Source: a virus
DNA length: 64,000 bases
IMG/VR virus record: IMGVR_UViG_3300035698_024626
Location: 1 to 64,000 of that record
Strand: one strand, 5' to 3'
The notes below the pieces were generated by a model. It had not been told where the DNA came from. It saw nothing but the letters and a program-made list of their open reading frames with translations, and ran no database searches. Position numbers and translations under genes: made by a program. Positions 8,903 through 18,684 of the stretch are shown in pieces. Every line of letters starts with the position of its first letter. Position 1 is the first letter of the stretch.

Positions 8903-11025
8903 TATTCTAATCTTCCACCCCTCTTAACTGCGCCATAAGAGTTGTTCCCATCCCTAGTCTGCTTACTATTACGCATCCGCCCCAGTCCGCTACCTCTGTA
9001 AAGCGGCTCGTCCTCGGGAGCTTTTAATCGCTTTTCAATGTTACCAGCCACATCCTCATAATCAATGTCGTCATCTGGAGCTGTCCCCGTATCATAAATA
9101 TACTTATGAGACAATAAAAGAGCCGTATAACGGTCCTTACGGAGCCTACCTTTGCGACCTCGACCCTCTACGGCACCCGGCTGAACTACTTGGGGAGTAT
9201 CGAATCTTTCCTTACCCGTTGCCGTTGCGCTCATTTGGATTGTACAGAGTTCGTTTTTTAGTTCTTCCAGATTAAACACATTCTCTTCAAAAGTGTCGAA
9301 AAGAATCCCCGCAGACTTCTCAACTTCCATTGCGGAATACATTTTCACGCTATCAAAAGCTGGGAACAACAAAGAACGAGTTTCTAGACTCTTATGAAGA
9401 ACAGAGTTTGCTTCCTGATTAAATTCAGAAGTCTGTTTGACAAGATGCAAAATGTGGCGTCCATCTGTTTCTCCATCGGTGGATTTCGGATCATCGAAAT
9501 CTATGACTTCATAAATTGGGAAATCACCCACGGTTATATCGAGCAACTTTTTATTACGCAACATCTCGGCTACGGCATAACCCCCGCCTTGACTATCCAT
9601 TTCAATCCGCACTGGATTGAATAACCGAGTAATCTCACGAATCCTAGAACAACAGTAGGCATAATAGTCATCGTCAGTAACCAGTCCACGCTTCTTCCTC
9701 TTAATAAACTCCTTTTTGTTTACTGCCCAACAGTAAACTGCACGATAATGATTGGCCCAGACTTCTGTCACCGTAATAGCCAAATTGTCTCTCTCGGAAG
9801 CGGGGTCGATACCCATCACATATTTGCGACCAGGATGACCTTTCATCAACGGGGTAAAAGTTACCACACCATCAGGCGTTTCTATGGGCTTATTCGGTCC
9901 AACGGTACATCCCTCAATCAAACTACGAGGATAAAATCCGTCAGAATCGCTAACAAAAATCGCCCCATATTCCATTAAATAGATATTACGAGGAAGGGTA
10001 GCCTTGGCGTGTGCCAACTGTCTTTGATCAAGAAGACCTGCTGGTAAATGGTTGTGCGGAATTCGCATAACAGCATAATCCCGATGGTTGAAACCATCTG
10101 GGATAAGATTATCACCTCCGAAAATCTTTGATACCTTTTCTAAATCACCTTTACTCCTAATAATATCTTGCCACATTTCATAGCGTTGCGCAAAATGGTT
10201 AAAACCATAATAGGCAGTACCAGAATAGACAATCTGGTTGCCATGCATTTTACCATCATCCTTAATAAGACTTCGGCTAATATCAATAGGGAGATTCAAT
10301 TTATCAAGGTCTTTCTTAAAAGCGCATTTCCTCGCTTCTTCTACAGGAGTCTTGGCAGTCGCCGCAAAACCACGAACCACCACATCAAACACATCTGCGG
10401 GGATTGAAGCAAATTCATCGGCGATTACCACGTTCGCCCTGAAGCCACGAATCTTCGTGCCGTCGCCCAAAGGCAGCGCGTAAATAATTGAATCTCCAAT
10501 ACGAAAATAACAGAGGTCCACATTCTGTCGTGGACCAGCCTTTTTTCCTCCACCAACAATATCCCTCAAAACAGGAGAATTACCCCACATAGTATCTATG
10601 TAATTAAAAACCAATCGAGCTTGTCTCAAGCCAGCACCAACGATAACTACTTTTGTTCCTGGATCAAGCAAAGCTCGCAAAACCGCATAGACAGCCAGCA
10701 TGAAAGATTTACTTCCACCTCTACATGCGATCAACATTGGGAACGGAGTGTCCCACAACATTTGCAATATAGCTATTTGTACGGGGAAAAGATCAATATT
10801 CAAAATGGCCTTGGCGGTCCAACCGATATTGTCGATATCAAGCATTCGTTGGATAACTGCGTGGTCTAGCGTTTGTTGTGATTTCTTAAGATCAGTGAAA
10901 ATATGACGCTTAACCGTGGGCACACGATCTCTGTAAGGAAATAAGTAGCCATAGCGGCCCTGTTCAGAATATAATAAGTCTTGAAGACTAAACGGTGGTT
11001 GAGATTTACTGACCATACACAACAT
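8902..11025 (-). CDS. Terminase large subunit
   Basis: LFPVQ Q-motif, Walker A ACRGGSKS, IRGFRANVVIADEF Walker B, SGT coupling motif, RNase H-like GIDPA, EMDSQGGG and KDRYTA. Confidence 0.9.
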   Translation of the reverse strand: MLCMVSKSQPPFSLQDLLYSEQGRYGYLFPYRDRVPTVKRHIFTDLKKSQQTLDHAVIQRMLDIDNIGWTAKAILNIDLFPVQIAILQMLWDTPFPMLIACRGGSKSFMLAVYAVLRALLDPGTKVVIVGAGLRQARLVFNYIDTMWGNSPVLRDIVGGGKKAGPRQNVDLCYFRIGDSIIYALPLGDGTKIRGFRANVVIADEFASIPADVFDVVVRGFAATAKTPVEEARKCAFKKDLDKLNLPIDISRSLIKDDGKMHGNQIVYSGTAYYGFNHFAQRYEMWQDIIRSKGDLEKVSKIFGGDNLIPDGFNHRDYAVMRIPHNHLPAGLLDQRQLAHAKATLPRNIYLMEYGAIFVSDSDGFYPRSLIEGCTVGPNKPIETPDGVVTFTPLMKGHPGRKYVMGIDPASERDNLAITVTEVWANHYRAVYCWAVNKKEFIKRKKRGLVTDDDYYAYCCSRIREITRLFNPVRIEMDSQGGGYAVAEMLRNKKLLDITVGDFPIYEVIDFDDPKSTDGETDGRHILHLVKQTSEFNQEANSVLHKSLETRSLLFPAFDSVKMYSAMEVEKSAGILFDTFEENVFNLEELKNELCTIQMSATATGKERFDTPQVVQPGAVEGRGRKGRLRKDRYTALLLSHKYIYDTGTAPDDDIDYEDVAGNIEKRLKAPEDEPLYRGSGLGRMRNSKQTRDGNNSYGAVKRGGRLE

Positions 11026-11075
11026 CTTCCTCTTTCGCCCAGTTTTTTCTCATTGTTTTCGGATATTCTGTTTGA

Positions 11076-11639
11076 TCAACGCCCAAAATAATCCCCCTTC
11101 GGTGGACCATCAGCAGATGGCGATTGGTTCTTCTTGGTATCCCGCGATACCCAGCGATCCTTCTCTACTCGAACAACTTCTTCAAAAATCAACTGAGCAA
11201 CCTTTCTACCACATTGTCCTGCAAAAAACACAGGAACGCCATGTTTAATCGATAAATTAAGTAACCATCTTATCAATGATTTTCCAGGTACCCCTTTAGA
11301 AAACTGAGGTGGTGACAACTCCAATATATCTGGAGTCATTGACGATTCGATAACAATGTAAGCGTATTTAATGCTAGACATGCGTTTCATTTCATCTTCA
11401 AACGCAGGTCGTCTTTTAGCAGCATAATTTCCCCATAGTTCAGAAAAATCAGCTTTTCGTTCAATTGTCAAAATATCTGTATAACCTACTAAACTGTAAT
11501 CGCCAGTCTGAAGAGTGTCAATAACCATACCCGCACATCGCGGAGAACGTCGCTCGGGATGATGAGCATCAAAGTCCCACCCCTTTTGCTCACGAGTATC
11601 TTTTGTCACTACATAACTAGGAAGAATTAGTCTAGACAT
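11076..11639 (-). CDS. ERCC4/XPF-family structure-specific nuclease
   Basis: DTREQ, LQTGDYS and TIERKADFSEL match the ERCC4 GDX...ERK motif. Confidence 0.85.
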   Translation of the reverse strand: MSRLILPSYVVTKDTREQKGWDFDAHHPERRSPRCAGMVIDTLQTGDYSLVGYTDILTIERKADFSELWGNYAAKRRPAFEDEMKRMSSIKYAYIVIESSMTPDILELSPPQFSKGVPGKSLIRWLLNLSIKHGVPVFFAGQCGRKVAQLIFEEVVRVEKDRWVSRDTKKNQSPSADGPPKGDYFGR

Positions 11640-11661
11640 TTAATTACCTTAAGCTTCAGTA

Positions 11662-12666
11662 TCAGCGCCACCACCCAAACCTATTACAATCAGCAGTCAC
11701 CATACGATAAATCAATTCATCAAAATCAATTTTGGGTCTCCATCCCAACTTCTGGCGGGCCTTTGTGGAATCAGCATGTAATAAGTTCACATCAACAGGC
11801 CGATAGAGTTTTGGATCAATTGTCACATAATCTCGATAATCCAAACCAATTATGCCAAAAGCAATTTTCAAAAAATCTCGGACTGTATGAGTTTTCCCCG
11901 ACCCTAAGACATAATCTCCTGGCGCATCTTGTTGCAACATCAGCCACATACCTAAAACCATATCTTTTGCATGCGACCAATCACGTTTGGCCTCTATGTT
12001 GCCGAGAGCCAATTTTGGCCAATCATCCGGAAGAATACCGCAATTGTTCTCTATGGCTACAGCAAGCTTAGCTACATACATAGTTATTTTGCGCGTAACA
12101 AACTCTTCTCCACGACGCTCACTCTCGTGATTAAACAAAATACCGCCACAAGCGAATATCTTATATGCCCGACGATAAAGGCCAACGTACATGTGGGCCG
12201 CTAACTTGGCGACAGCATATGGGGAATTAGGGTTAAAGGGAGTTTCTTCATTTTGGGGAGAAATATTTGTATCACCGAATAATTCTGAAGTACTTGCTTG
12301 ATAGAATTTGCTCTTAGGGGAGCATTGACGAATAGCCTCTAGAATATGCAGTGGCCCCATCGCATCGATACAACAAGTAGTTACAGGCTGATCAAAAGAA
12401 ACACCCACATGGCTCATCGCAGCAAGATTATAAATCTCATCTGGCATAGTCCCAGAAATCAATCGATGCATACAAGTTGCGTCAGTAACATCTCCTTCTA
12501 TAAGTTCAAATTGAGGATTATCCATCAGATGGGATATGCGCTCTGTGGTATTCACAGAAGACCGCCTAATCATTCCATAGACCTTATATTTTTTGTCAAG
12601 CAACAATTCACAAAGGTAGCTACCATCTTGACCGTTGCAGCCCGTCACCAAAGCAGACTTAATCAT
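11662..12666 (-). CDS. gmd: GDP-mannose 4,6-dehydratase
   Basis: ALVTGCNGQDGSYL, YNLAAMSHV, FYQASTSELFG, SPYAVAK, ILFNHESERRGEEFVTRKIT. Confidence 0.95.
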   Translation of the reverse strand: MIKSALVTGCNGQDGSYLCELLLDKKYKVYGMIRRSSVNTTERISHLMDNPQFELIEGDVTDATCMHRLISGTMPDEIYNLAAMSHVGVSFDQPVTTCCIDAMGPLHILEAIRQCSPKSKFYQASTSELFGDTNISPQNEETPFNPNSPYAVAKLAAHMYVGLYRRAYKIFACGGILFNHESERRGEEFVTRKITMYVAKLAVAIENNCGILPDDWPKLALGNIEAKRDWSHAKDMVLGMWLMLQQDAPGDYVLGSGKTHTVRDFLKIAFGIIGLDYRDYVTIDPKLYRPVDVNLLHADSTKARQKLGWRPKIDFDELIYRMVTADCNRFGWWR

Positions 12667-12810
12667 TGTTCTTTCTCCTATTTCTACCCATCGAATTTTC
12701 CTGCCTCTTGTTCTTGTTTGAGCTTTTCTACAGTCGTCATTTTTTGCAACATCTCATCTTGTTGGTCTGCGTTCATTTTTTATTTCTCCGTCGCCTTCCA
12801 TACTCCTATG

Positions 12811-13065
12811 TTACTTTTCTTCGACAGGTTCGTAGGTCGCCCGGAATATATCCGGTCTGCACGGGTAGTGCTCGCCCGCAATTCCTCGGATCACATAATC
12901 CCCATCACTCACTAGCATATTCCCCTCTAGGGTATTCACAAAAAACAGGTCCGCCGAATCGTAGCGTATTTGATACTCTTCGCACAGCGATCGATCATAC
13001 GTCCACAAGCCGGGCGTGAACACAATAGCCTCAATGACAATAGGTTTTTTCCGGTACTTACTCAT
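12811..13065 (-). CDS. Conserved small phage protein (PGDYG-like)
   Basis: YRKKPIVIEA...TLEGNMLVSDGDYVIRGIAGEHYPCRPDIFRATYE. Confidence 0.7.
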   Translation of the reverse strand: MSKYRKKPIVIEAIVFTPGLWTYDRSLCEEYQIRYDSADLFFVNTLEGNMLVSDGDYVIRGIAGEHYPCRPDIFRATYEPVEEK

Positions 13066-13324
13066 CTGCTCGTCCTCCTACCATAGCAACCATTTCCTGT
13101 GGAATAGGAGACACACGAGCGTTCTGATCTTCATTGTCCAAAGCCTCAATATCTTTCATGCAACAATTTTTATACTTTTTCTTACTACCACATAGACATA
13201 ACCAATTCCTACCCCATTTTGCTCGTTTACGAGTAATGGGCATAGTCACACCAGCAATACGTCTTTTCAAACTTCGTTGCTCACTGGGTCTATCAACATC
13301 TCTAGACAACGGCCTTTTCTCCAT
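13058..13324 (-). CDS. SEC-C metal-binding motif protein
   Basis: GRNWLCLCGSKKKYKNCC matches the SEC-C consensus GRNxxCxCGSGKKYKxCC. Confidence 0.8.
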   Translation of the reverse strand: MEKRPLSRDVDRPSEQRSLKRRIAGVTMPITRKRAKWGRNWLCLCGSKKKYKNCCMKDIEALDNEDQNARVSPIPQEMVAMVGGRADE

Positions 13325-14375
13325 ACTGAACTCCTCTCTCTACACAACTTAAACGAGTATTCATTTCCCAACAATGTTTAACAGCAATATCGCGCCCCAC
13401 TATTTCTGTCTTCTTACAACATTCGATCCATCCCAATGAATGAAAAATAGTAGTCAAACGATTAAAATAAGTGTGCGAGTTTGCCACACGCTCCATCGCA
13501 CCACGGATTTGTGCAAATCGAAATTCGGCATCATTAATGGCAGCCAAAGTACGATCAATAAAATTAACAGTCTTCGTCGCTACTGCCACATGTTCCCCAA
13601 GATATTCAGCGGCCAACGCATTATTGACAACTTGATATCCGCCACAAAGGGGTATGGTAAAAAGTCGTTCATTAACAGATGTCCCCATTTGCGATTGCGT
13701 TTGCGTATGCACATTGGGGCATACTTTGGCGGTCGCATAAACTTGAGCCAACTTATCTGAAGAAAGCGGGCCGCTGTAGCTCAATCCTGTTTGATTCCAC
13801 AACTCATTTCCAAAAATCTGATACGTGTGACCAAGACAATCAAGTTGCCGAAATAAAGGAATAAGCAACTTTCGAGTGACCACAGGACGATGATCAAGAT
13901 TAGCCACTATTGCCACATCTGTTAGTGGATTACAATTCATAGGCAAAGCCCTGACAATGTTCCCAGCCATGGGCAAATGAGTCAGAGGCAAAACCGCATC
14001 GACCCAATCGCCCAAATAGATAGACCATACGTCCGGTTGTAAGTGCGTATGCAATATCCCTAATCCAATACGATCCAAAACTGCAATTTCATCTGTATGA
14101 GCCCCTCCCTTCGCATCGAACGGCAAGACACTTACAATCACCGCAATTTTACGGTCGTTAATAACGTCAATCGGCAATTGACGAATACCATAGCGCGAAG
14201 AAGACATAATTAATTGGACATTATGTTTTTCGATCAATTCGCGGGTGCCCAATTTAGTCTTAGGATCACATACATAAACGATCCAACCCGTTGCTCGTAA
14301 AGCATCAACATAGCCCCTCTGAGACATTCCATAAGTGGCTCCCGGTCTTGGAATATATAGTGCAGTCTTGCTCAT
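13302..14375 (-). CDS. GT-B glycosyltransferase (CgeB/DUF3880-like)
   Basis: LAQVYATAKVCPNVH...NERLFTIPLCGG...HTYFNR; start reassigned to MSKTALY just after the upstream stop. Confidence 0.7.
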   Translation of the reverse strand: MSKTALYIPRPGATYGMSQRGYVDALRATGWIVYVCDPKTKLGTRELIEKHNVQLIMSSSRYGIRQLPIDVINDRKIAVIVSVLPFDAKGGAHTDEIAVLDRIGLGILHTHLQPDVWSIYLGDWVDAVLPLTHLPMAGNIVRALPMNCNPLTDVAIVANLDHRPVVTRKLLIPLFRQLDCLGHTYQIFGNELWNQTGLSYSGPLSSDKLAQVYATAKVCPNVHTQTQSQMGTSVNERLFTIPLCGGYQVVNNALAAEYLGEHVAVATKTVNFIDRTLAAINDAEFRFAQIRGAMERVANSHTYFNRLTTIFHSLGWIECCKKTEIVGRDIAVKHCWEMNTRLSCVERGVQYGEKAVV

Positions 14376-14376
14376 T

Positions 14377-15273
14377 TTAATCATCTCCAAAATCGGTTTC
14401 TTCATCAACCAAAATCGGTTCAATGCTCCCGTTCGGAAATTCTTGCGGTTGACGGAAAACTTTCTTAACATCATTGGCGGCAAGTTTAGTTAGTTGAGCA
14501 TATTTCCCCTGACGGTCTCGCTCGTCCTGTGAATGTTGAAGAGTAGCCACAAGAGAAAAAAAAGTCTCTTTCCCACCCCTAAGTTCATCCAAACGATCCT
14601 TACGAGTGGCAGCTAAACTGCTGTAAATCTTTTGTCGTTCTTTTACTAGAGCATCATACCTATCATTAACACTCTTAAGATAGCGATATCTATCTTCTAA
14701 TTGCCGTTGTTGCATAATTCTAAATTTGACAACATCTTTATCTTCATCTGCTTGCTTAGGGTTTTGAACAAACCATTCCTGCAAATCTGCTATTTGTTGT
14801 TGTAATGATCGAACCAAAATGAGTTGCCTATCTACCAAAATACGATGCTTAAGGAAATCATCTATCTGAAAGAACTCACTCAGTACGATATCTTCAAATT
14901 GACAACACAGGTTACCATAATCCTCAATGTATACATCAACTTCATGCGATTCAAATTGTTTGCGAATAGTTTGATAAAGATGTGTCTTCTTGAATTGTCC
15001 CCTGAACCATTGAGCTTTATCGGATTCGTTTAACCCCGGCTGAGGGGTACACAACATGGGAGCATCAGAAATCCCTATCTCGGCTGGTTGACCCGATTTC
15101 TTGATAATCCCCAGACCTCTGCGTCGTTTGCTAATGGTATCGATGTTCCAACGATAATGACATTGATCCAATAGTACTTCCTGGATTCTTTTGTCAGTCC
15201 ATCCTTGCCGCAAACCATCTTCGAATATTTTGATAGCTTGAGGATCATTGGCCAAACGACGGAATTTAGCCAT
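14377..15273 (-). CDS. HTH plus coiled-coil protein, candidate terminase small subunit
   Basis: N-terminal HTH-like GWTDKRIQEVL...IDTISKRRRGLG; long helical oligomerisation region; upstream of TerL on the same strand. Confidence 0.4.
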   Translation of the reverse strand: MAKFRRLANDPQAIKIFEDGLRQGWTDKRIQEVLLDQCHYRWNIDTISKRRRGLGIIKKSGQPAEIGISDAPMLCTPQPGLNESDKAQWFRGQFKKTHLYQTIRKQFESHEVDVYIEDYGNLCCQFEDIVLSEFFQIDDFLKHRILVDRQLILVRSLQQQIADLQEWFVQNPKQADEDKDVVKFRIMQQRQLEDRYRYLKSVNDRYDALVKERQKIYSSLAATRKDRLDELRGGKETFFSLVATLQHSQDERDRQGKYAQLTKLAANDVKKVFRQPQEFPNGSIEPILVDEETDFGDD

Positions 15274-15808
15274 AACTATCCCTTTCTGTCAAAAGACGTG
15301 CAACTTCTGTACGGACACTATCTATTAAAGCCTTCCTAACTTTATTGCCACTTACTAAATTATCAAAAGCCACCAAGAGTTCACCCGAAAGATTGCTCCG
15401 TAAATATTCCAACGTTTCATTACAAATGGCGCGACCCAAAGGGTCAGCATCAATAGAACTAGACCCAAGAACAACACCCCCAGAATCAGCATTGCCACTA
15501 TCTAGAGGCAGAGCATTGATTAGATTAATGCGAACATGCGCATGGCCAGATGTCTCCACGTCTGATCCAGGACGAAAATACTTATCTCGTTTCAAGTTCT
15601 TGAGACGATTGGATACGTGACTCACCAAATAATTTTCAAGTGGACCTATGGATGGATCGTATCTCTCGACAGCATCGAGACACATCAACCAAACTTCTTG
15701 CGAAACGTCATCACCAGTGTAATACGCAAAAGCCCCATTTTTCCTTCGAATAGTGGCTATGCGTTGGATAATCGGATATGCTTCATCCAGCAGAGTTTGA
15801 CTCACCAT
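15266..15808 (-). CDS. Phage-encoded sigma-70-family factor (region 2)
   Basis: DDVSQEVWLMCLDAVERYDPSIGPLENYLVSHVSNRLKNLKRD resembles sigma region 2. Confidence 0.75.
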   Translation of the reverse strand: MVSQTLLDEAYPIIQRIATIRRKNGAFAYYTGDDVSQEVWLMCLDAVERYDPSIGPLENYLVSHVSNRLKNLKRDKYFRPGSDVETSGHAHVRINLINALPLDSGNADSGGVVLGSSSIDADPLGRAICNETLEYLRSNLSGELLVAFDNLVSGNKVRKALIDSVRTEVARLLTERDSYG

Positions 15809-15977
15809 CGCTTTGGTCCTCTAACGCTCGCTTAACAATACCTTCTCCGACTACAGGATCGGGATCGTCCCTGTCAAGGTCATCATCTACCTGAGCCTCT
15901 ATCTTGTCAGTCCCCTTAGCCGTCAAATTCACCATTACTCGTGTTGCTTCTAATTCACTCATTTTATCATCACCCAT
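15783..15977 (-). CDS. Small acidic hypothetical protein
   Basis: ORF directly after the GGTGTATAA promoter, overlapping the sigma gene start. Confidence 0.55.
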   Translation of the reverse strand: MGDDKMSELEATRVMVNLTAKGTDKIEAQVDDDLDRDDPDPVVGEGIVKRALEDQSDGESNSAG

Positions 15978-16063
15978 TTTTTATACACCGTCCGATAAAA
16001 TCTCCCCCTATAGTACTATACAGAGCCTTTTGGTCAAAAGCGCTCCATCTTTTTATTTTTTCC

Positions 16064-16091
16064 AAACAAAAGTGGCTCCTATACGTATAAC
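16064..16091 (+). promoter_or_regulatory. Phage bipartite promoter AAACAAA-N11-TACGTATAAC upstream of tnpB
   Basis: Same motif and spacing as four other copies. Confidence 0.6.
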
Positions 16092-16106
16092 CCTTTGTGA
16101 TATCTA

Positions 16107-16217
16107 AGTTTATGGGGAAGTGGTCTTTTCAGCAGGGGATGTTACTATGGTAGTGCTGGAACTGTGAGTTCTGCTACTATCCAGAAATACATAGAAAACC
16201 AGAAACACAATGACTAA
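16107..16217 (+). pseudogene. tnpA: 3' stump of IS200/IS605 Y1 transposase
   Basis: Translates to SLWGSGLFSRGCYYGSAGTVSSATIQKYIENQKHND*, the characteristic TnpA C-terminus; no start or HUH motif. Confidence 0.75.
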
Positions 16218-17388
16218 CACCAAAGCATTCAAATACAGATTGTATCCAACCAAGAAACAAGAACAAGGTCTACAACAGACTTTGACCACTTGTAGGTTCT
16301 TGTATAACAATGCTTTGGCTCAACGAATTGACACCTACAAAAATACTCAAGAATCAGTCACTTATTGTGACCAAGCAAATACACTTGTAAAACAAAAGAA
16401 CGACTACCAAAAACAAGTCCACTCACAAGTGCTACAAGAATCACTCAAACGTCTTGACACTTCCTTTGGGAACTTCTTTCGTAGAATCAAACAACAGAAG
16501 GCAGGAAAGAAAGTCAAAGCAGGTTTCCCACGTTTCAAGCCAGACCAGCGTTACAATTCGTTCTGTTACCCACAATCAGGTTTTAGATTAACCAACGATA
16601 GTAGGAGAATTACACTCAGTAAGATTGGTGATGTAAGACTCAAATATTCAAGACCAACAGAAGGTAAGATTAAAACTTGTAGAATTGTTCGTGATGTAGA
16701 CCAATGGTTTGTGGTTCTAACTTGTGAGCAAGAAGTTTCTGAGCCACTCAAATCTACTAATCCTACAGTCGGTGTTGATGTGGGTATTAAGACCTTTGCT
16801 TTTCTTTCAGATGGAACGCAGTTTGAGAACCCACGTCATACACGGAACTCAGAAGTTAAGTTAGCACAAACACAACGTAGATTGTCACAGAAAGTAAAAG
16901 GCAGTCAGAACAGAAACAAACAACGACTTGAAGTTGGGAAGGTACATCGTAAAACACGTAGACAACGTGAGGATTTCTTACATAAGTTAAGTAGGGAGTT
17001 AGTAGACAATTACGGTTGTCTTGTGTTTGAGCAGTTAAACATTAAAGGAATGGTTCGTAATCACAAGTTAGCTAAGCATATAAGTGATTGTGCTTGGAGA
17101 AAACTAATTGAGTATACTACATACAAAGCGGAGGAAGCTGGTGTGGAAGTTAGATTAGTTAATCCCAAGAATACAACTCAGATGTGTTCAAGTTGTGGTA
17201 AGATTGTTCCAAAGACTTTAGCAGACAGAACTCATGATTGTTCTCACTGTGGCTTAGTGATGGACAGGGATTTGAATGCTGCTAAGAATATATTAAGTAG
17301 GGTAGGGACTACCCAAAGTTACGCCTATGGAGATTTAACCGCTACTCAAGGACATTGTGTTCTTGAGCAAGTTGAGTCTGTGAAGTAG
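16210..17388 (+). CDS. tnpB: RNA-guided endonuclease TnpB
   Basis: KAFKYRLYPT N-terminus, GFPRFK, RuvC D/E/D (VGVDVG, VFEQL, DRDLNAAKNI), Zn finger CSSC/CSHC. Confidence 0.95.
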   Translation: MTNTKAFKYRLYPTKKQEQGLQQTLTTCRFLYNNALAQRIDTYKNTQESVTYCDQANTLVKQKNDYQKQVHSQVLQESLKRLDTSFGNFFRRIKQQKAGKKVKAGFPRFKPDQRYNSFCYPQSGFRLTNDSRRITLSKIGDVRLKYSRPTEGKIKTCRIVRDVDQWFVVLTCEQEVSEPLKSTNPTVGVDVGIKTFAFLSDGTQFENPRHTRNSEVKLAQTQRRLSQKVKGSQNRNKQRLEVGKVHRKTRRQREDFLHKLSRELVDNYGCLVFEQLNIKGMVRNHKLAKHISDCAWRKLIEYTTYKAEEAGVEVRLVNPKNTTQMCSSCGKIVPKTLADRTHDCSHCGLVMDRDLNAAKNILSRVGTTQSYAYGDLTATQGHCVLEQVESVK

Positions 17389-17477
17389 GAATCCCCTCCC
17401 CTTGTGGGAGGGGTAGTTCAAGATAAAAGATACCTTATTATTAAGAGACAAGACAAACCAACGGATGAGAGGCAAAT

Positions 17478-18182
17478 GTGATCAAGCTAATCCACAAAAA
17501 AATCGAAGATATTTATAAATCGGAAATTGGAGATGTCAATTTAATTATTGCAGATATCCCTGATTGTCTAAATCAAAAATATCCCGATTACATAGACAAA
17601 ATGACCCACGGAGAATATACACATAAATTGCATTGCTGGTTAAATAAGATGGTAACACTAACAGATGGTCCTATATTCCTTCTATTCAACGAACGCTGGA
17701 CAAAAGAGATTGAAGATGCTATTAGCAATACCAATATTCAACTAATCCAACGATTGTTATGGCAATACAATTTTGGAATGGATCAATCTCGTCATAATAG
17801 ATATAGTTTATGTTATAGACCAATATATTGGTTGAATAATCCCTATATGCAACCAGAAAATATTAAAATACCAAGTGATAGACAATTGAAATACGGCGAT
17901 TCAAGAGCGGCAATGAAAGGTAAAATCCCACAAAATGTTTGGAGTTTCCCTAGGATTTGCGGAACTTTCAAAGAACGCAAAAAATGGTTCCCAAACCAAA
18001 TTAATCAAAAAGTAATTGAACGTATTATTTCAGGACATTGCCCTGAGAACGGAACAATTTTAGACCCTTTTATTGGAAGTGGAACCTCAGTTTTTGCCGC
18101 AATTGCAACAAATAGAAACGCCATTGGCTCAGATATAAGCAAAACATGCATTGAAAAAATTAGAAAAAGTTTAAAGTTATGA
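17478..18182 (+). CDS. DNA N4-cytosine/N6-adenine methyltransferase (beta class)
   Basis: SAM motif ILDPFIGSGT near C-terminus; catalytic motif appears as ADIPD; NVWSFP and FPNQ. Confidence 0.8.
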   Translation: MIKLIHKKIEDIYKSEIGDVNLIIADIPDCLNQKYPDYIDKMTHGEYTHKLHCWLNKMVTLTDGPIFLLFNERWTKEIEDAISNTNIQLIQRLLWQYNFGMDQSRHNRYSLCYRPIYWLNNPYMQPENIKIPSDRQLKYGDSRAAMKGKIPQNVWSFPRICGTFKERKKWFPNQINQKVIERIISGHCPENGTILDPFIGSGTSVFAAIATNRNAIGSDISKTCIEKIRKSLKL

Positions 18183-18339
18183 CCAAACAATGTAAACAAT
18201 GCAACAACCCCTTCCAATACAGACGAAACCGAACTTTCTGTTCTCGCCAATGCTATATAAAATATCAAAATAAAATAAAGAAAATCCCGAACATTATATA
18301 TTTTGCTGGTACTACTCCAATACAAGGAAACTAACGGAA

Positions 18340-18684
18340 ATGAATAAAAATAAGGTGGAGACAATACTTAGTGACTGGATAATAGCCATAGAATCGGGAC
18401 GATCCGGGTCTTTACATAAAATAAAGAGGCTACCAGATGGTTCACATGGACGAATTAAACGAACAAGCGGCAATCCAATTGTTTTTGATGCCAAATATCA
18501 TAAAAACATGGGAATATTAAGGAGTCAGCTATGCGCAGAACTTCCCCATCTAGCTGATGTCATTCGCAGTGATCCTGATTTATTTAATGGTTTTGCTTGG
18601 ACAAGAGGTGATTACGTTGAACTGTATTTCTCACATTACGAAATGGTTATTGCCAAAATCCGACGCGCACTGCCTAGTACCTAA
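18340..18684 (+). CDS. Hypothetical protein
   Basis: 114 aa ORF with RBS, co-oriented with neighbours. Confidence 0.55.
   Translation: MNKNKVETILSDWIIAIESGRSGSLHKIKRLPDGSHGRIKRTSGNPIVFDAKYHKNMGILRSQLCAELPHLADVIRSDPDLFNGFAWTRGDYVELYFSHYEMVIAKIRRALPST

Larger units (their letters stand above)
16107..17421 (+). mobile_element. Non-autonomous IS605-like element (no left end or intact tnpA recognised)
   Basis: tnpA stump plus tnpB plus right-end hairpin CCCCTCCC-cttgt-GGGAGGGG followed by TAGTTCAA. Confidence 0.75.
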
